Assembly: GCA_002269645.1 (NCBI GenBank)
Contig: NIVC01004638.1
Coordinates: forward strand, 1-39,942
Origin: Macrostomum lignano
Lineage: Eukaryota
Length of the DNA stretch: 39,942 nt
Direction: 5' to 3'
Shown here: in pieces, positions 37,105-39,942 of the stretch
How the letters are laid out: the number at the start of each line of letters is the position of its first letter
Position numbering within the stretch: position 1 is the first letter of the stretch
Position numbers and translations under genes: made by a program
Notes under the pieces: model-generated
Seen by the model: the letters and a program-made list of their open reading frames with translations, nothing else
What the model was told of the DNA's origin: nothing
The model's database searches: none

Positions 37105-39942
37105 TCTACTTCGTAGGCCAAATGCTTACTGATAAAAATAGTGTTAATGCTTTTTCTTCGCGCTTTATTGTGAGCGAAAAATGTAATCAAATAAACGTCA
37201 GTTCTTTAGATTAGATTAAAAACGGAAAGTAAGCTAATTGCCTTCGAATACCGATAGGCCTAGTTTATTGTGACATACGATTTCAGTTTGGGACTAATTC
37301 ACTATTTTGTATTATCTGCTTGGTTAAAAAAACTAAGTCTAAACAACGGCTAAACAATATATTTATGATTTACAGCAAAGAGCTCGTATCATTATTTCAT
37401 TTAATCAATATTTCTGTGTTTCCGCTGCTTGCCTGTTGCTGAGTAAATTCTTTTCTCCGAACACAGTCATTCGAAAACAGAAGTATAAATACGCAGCTGA
37501 CTTTTCAAGTTAAAACTTGTAAATTTATTTTTACATTTAAAAAAAGACTAATAACTTTTTTGCCTTTATTAATCAAATTCAGCTTTTTACTATGGTTTTA
37601 TTTGTTTCTTGACTCACAAGTTTATGAAAAAAATTTAAGTTCACGAATATAACATTTTTCTTCGAATGTCGTTTGTCTCTCACCGTCACCGTCATCGTCA
37701 TCGAGCTGTTTCGACATCATCTATGTTAGAATTTTAAGGGGAATAGAGGGGGGGCATTCCGTGAAGTTGTAAAGTATCAAGTTTTTTAACTTTGCGGCTT
37801 TGTATGGCCTGCGTATCGATAGTGTAAATTGGACATTCTTTAACATACTGAATCAGTGTGAATGCTCATTTTATTGTCTGGATGACTATATATATCCTCT
37901 GCTCTGTATCCGCTGTAAATTAGGGTCAGTTACAGTACAGTACCAGTACTAATATCTATTGTATTTTTTACGACACGCATTTCAATATAAAGTTCCAAGC
38001 AGCACAGCTATAGTGAGTCAAAGTCCTAAGTATGGTTTATTTTGCAACCTAAGTTACTAAAGTTGAATCTAAAATTGGCTTGGCCTTAGTCAATTTTAAA
38101 TATTATATACGATTAGTTTGTTTGATTTAGGTGCTAGGCCTAGACTTATGCTACTATTATGTAACAGGCGTGTTTCCTGTACGATATGAAATCCCACCAT
38201 TAAGCCACTAGCTATAACAGGCATGATTGCTCTCACTGAAATTATCCCACCATTGCAACCAGGCACCAGCTGTTGTAGGGCTACTTTTCTAATTCCTATT
38301 ATTGAATATCCTAAAGCTGCCACCAAAGTTTTCGAAGGGCTAAACTTGTCTTTATAAATTGTTCTAATGTTGGTAGCTGCCACCAAGACTAGAATATAGA
38401 TTCTATTAATAAATTATGAGTTTATTAAATAATCTTAGAATAAGTCTGAGAAAGGTTTCTTGGAATTAGGCCTAGTCTGAGTACATATCTTAGTAGTTGT
38501 CTAAGTATATATTTAATTCAGAATTTGTCTGAGTATATTGTTCTTAGAATACTATTTAGCCCTTGGCCCCTTACAAGTATTGTTCTTCTGTTATTCTAGT
38601 AGCATTTACTGTTATTCTGGCCTGAGTGGTATATTGGCTTACTGGTATATTGCATGTACTTTCAAGTCCTAGGCATTACCAAGATCAGAGGGTCACAGCC
38701 TCCAGTTCATACATGCGCAACCCCCCTGATTTACACTGGCCATACACTGGCCATCCCGGGAACACCAGGACTGAGAGATATAATAGTAGACAGTGCCAAT
38801 AGACTGCTCAGGCAAAAGGTACAGTACATGTACAACCGCTACCATTAGATAAGTATACGCTAGCAATAGAAGTGGACACTACCAGTAATAATAGTACGTT
38901 TATGCAAAAGTACATTAAGTAGAAAGACAGAAAGTTCACCACTAGTATAACTTTGGTGGCATTTAGTGGGAATTTTCATAGAAAGCCAAAAGGCCTGTTA
39001 CAACTTTAGTGACAGCTGTGGAATCATTTGTAGGGGCAGAAGTTAACCCCTAGCACAGTTTATGCCCAAAAATTTAGGCCTATATTGGCCTTGCATGCCA
39101 AAAGTAGAAATAAAAAAAGTATTTTTCTAAGTTTCAAACAAAGTAGCTAGTAGGTTCTTCGTTTTAATAAACTATTTATTTTTGAAAGTTAGTGATGGAG
39201 TCTGTAAATGCAAGGCAAAAAGCTAGATCTCAAAACTGTTTTTTCTTCATGTATGTATTGATGACACAGATGGTATTGGAAAATTTACTCATTGTTTTTA
39301 ATGTTACTCTTGTAGAATGATGTAATGGATATAATGTTGTTTTTTGGAAAATAAAAAAAAGAATACACATGTAGTGCATACATACATGCACAACAGTCGG
39401 CCAAGTCGGCCGATCCGGCCAACCGATTTGGCGGCCAACCAAGGAAGTTGCAAAAATGCCCACCCAAAAATACCAAAGTAGTAGTACTAAGTAGCTGACG
39501 AGGCATTTAGACTTAATTTTGTTTGCGTTAATTTTGCGTTAGGGTTTTTTAACATGTAAGTCGCATTTTTGGCCAAAAACTACGTCGCATTTTTGTTAAA
39601 ACTAAGTCGCATGGCCAACCGAATTTTGAAGGTTGCGCATATATGAGTGCATATAGTTTAGAACTGCAAAAAAGGTCTTTTATTGTTGCAACGCCTCATG
39701 GGCCCTGCATATAAAGCATAACTGCTAGTTGCGCACTATGCACAACTTCTGTGGCAGCTGAAAAAATTTTCCTGCATGGCTGGTGAATCCATAAGACTAT
39801 GGGGTCAATAAAATTGTACTTAATTGATAGAAAAATATTCAATATATATATTTAACAGTTAGGTCTATATACAAGTATAAAATCTTTTCTTTTATAGGGT
39901 TTATATAAAATAAGAATATAAGAATATAATGTTTCTAAATAA

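Noticed and set aside
37690-37735. Minus-strand MMSKQLDDDDGDG followed by a GTGAG donor
   Set aside because: Could be an exon, but no compatible downstream exon was found.

Overview
Eukaryotic (animal-like) genomic DNA with GT-AG introns. The species cannot be determined from the sequence. GC-rich exons with minisatellite-filled introns resemble some free-living flatworm genomes, which is inference only. Positions 1-8951 are the AT-rich right-hand part of a decaying Polinton/Maverick (adintovirus-like) element. It carries a protein-primed DNA polymerase B with two lesions, glycine-motif virion-core-like proteins, a decayed two-helix membrane protein, an L-type lectin domain, several orphan ORFs and a terminus ending ...TATATACTACT. 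The element appears to have inserted into a host C-type lectin coding region. Host genes were reconstructed by hand with frame-consistent splice junctions: a 5-exon orphan type-I membrane protein (-), CFAP58 (-), a divergent Hv1-like voltage-sensor-only protein (+) and UBE2Q (-). About a dozen minisatellite arrays sit mostly in introns and explain most of the long low-complexity ORFs. The most notable signal is a family of short GC-rich double-hairpin insertions inside Polinton genes. Each is bounded by a duplicated in-frame codon, resembling translational-bypass elements. The Polinton end is also unusually self-complementary.
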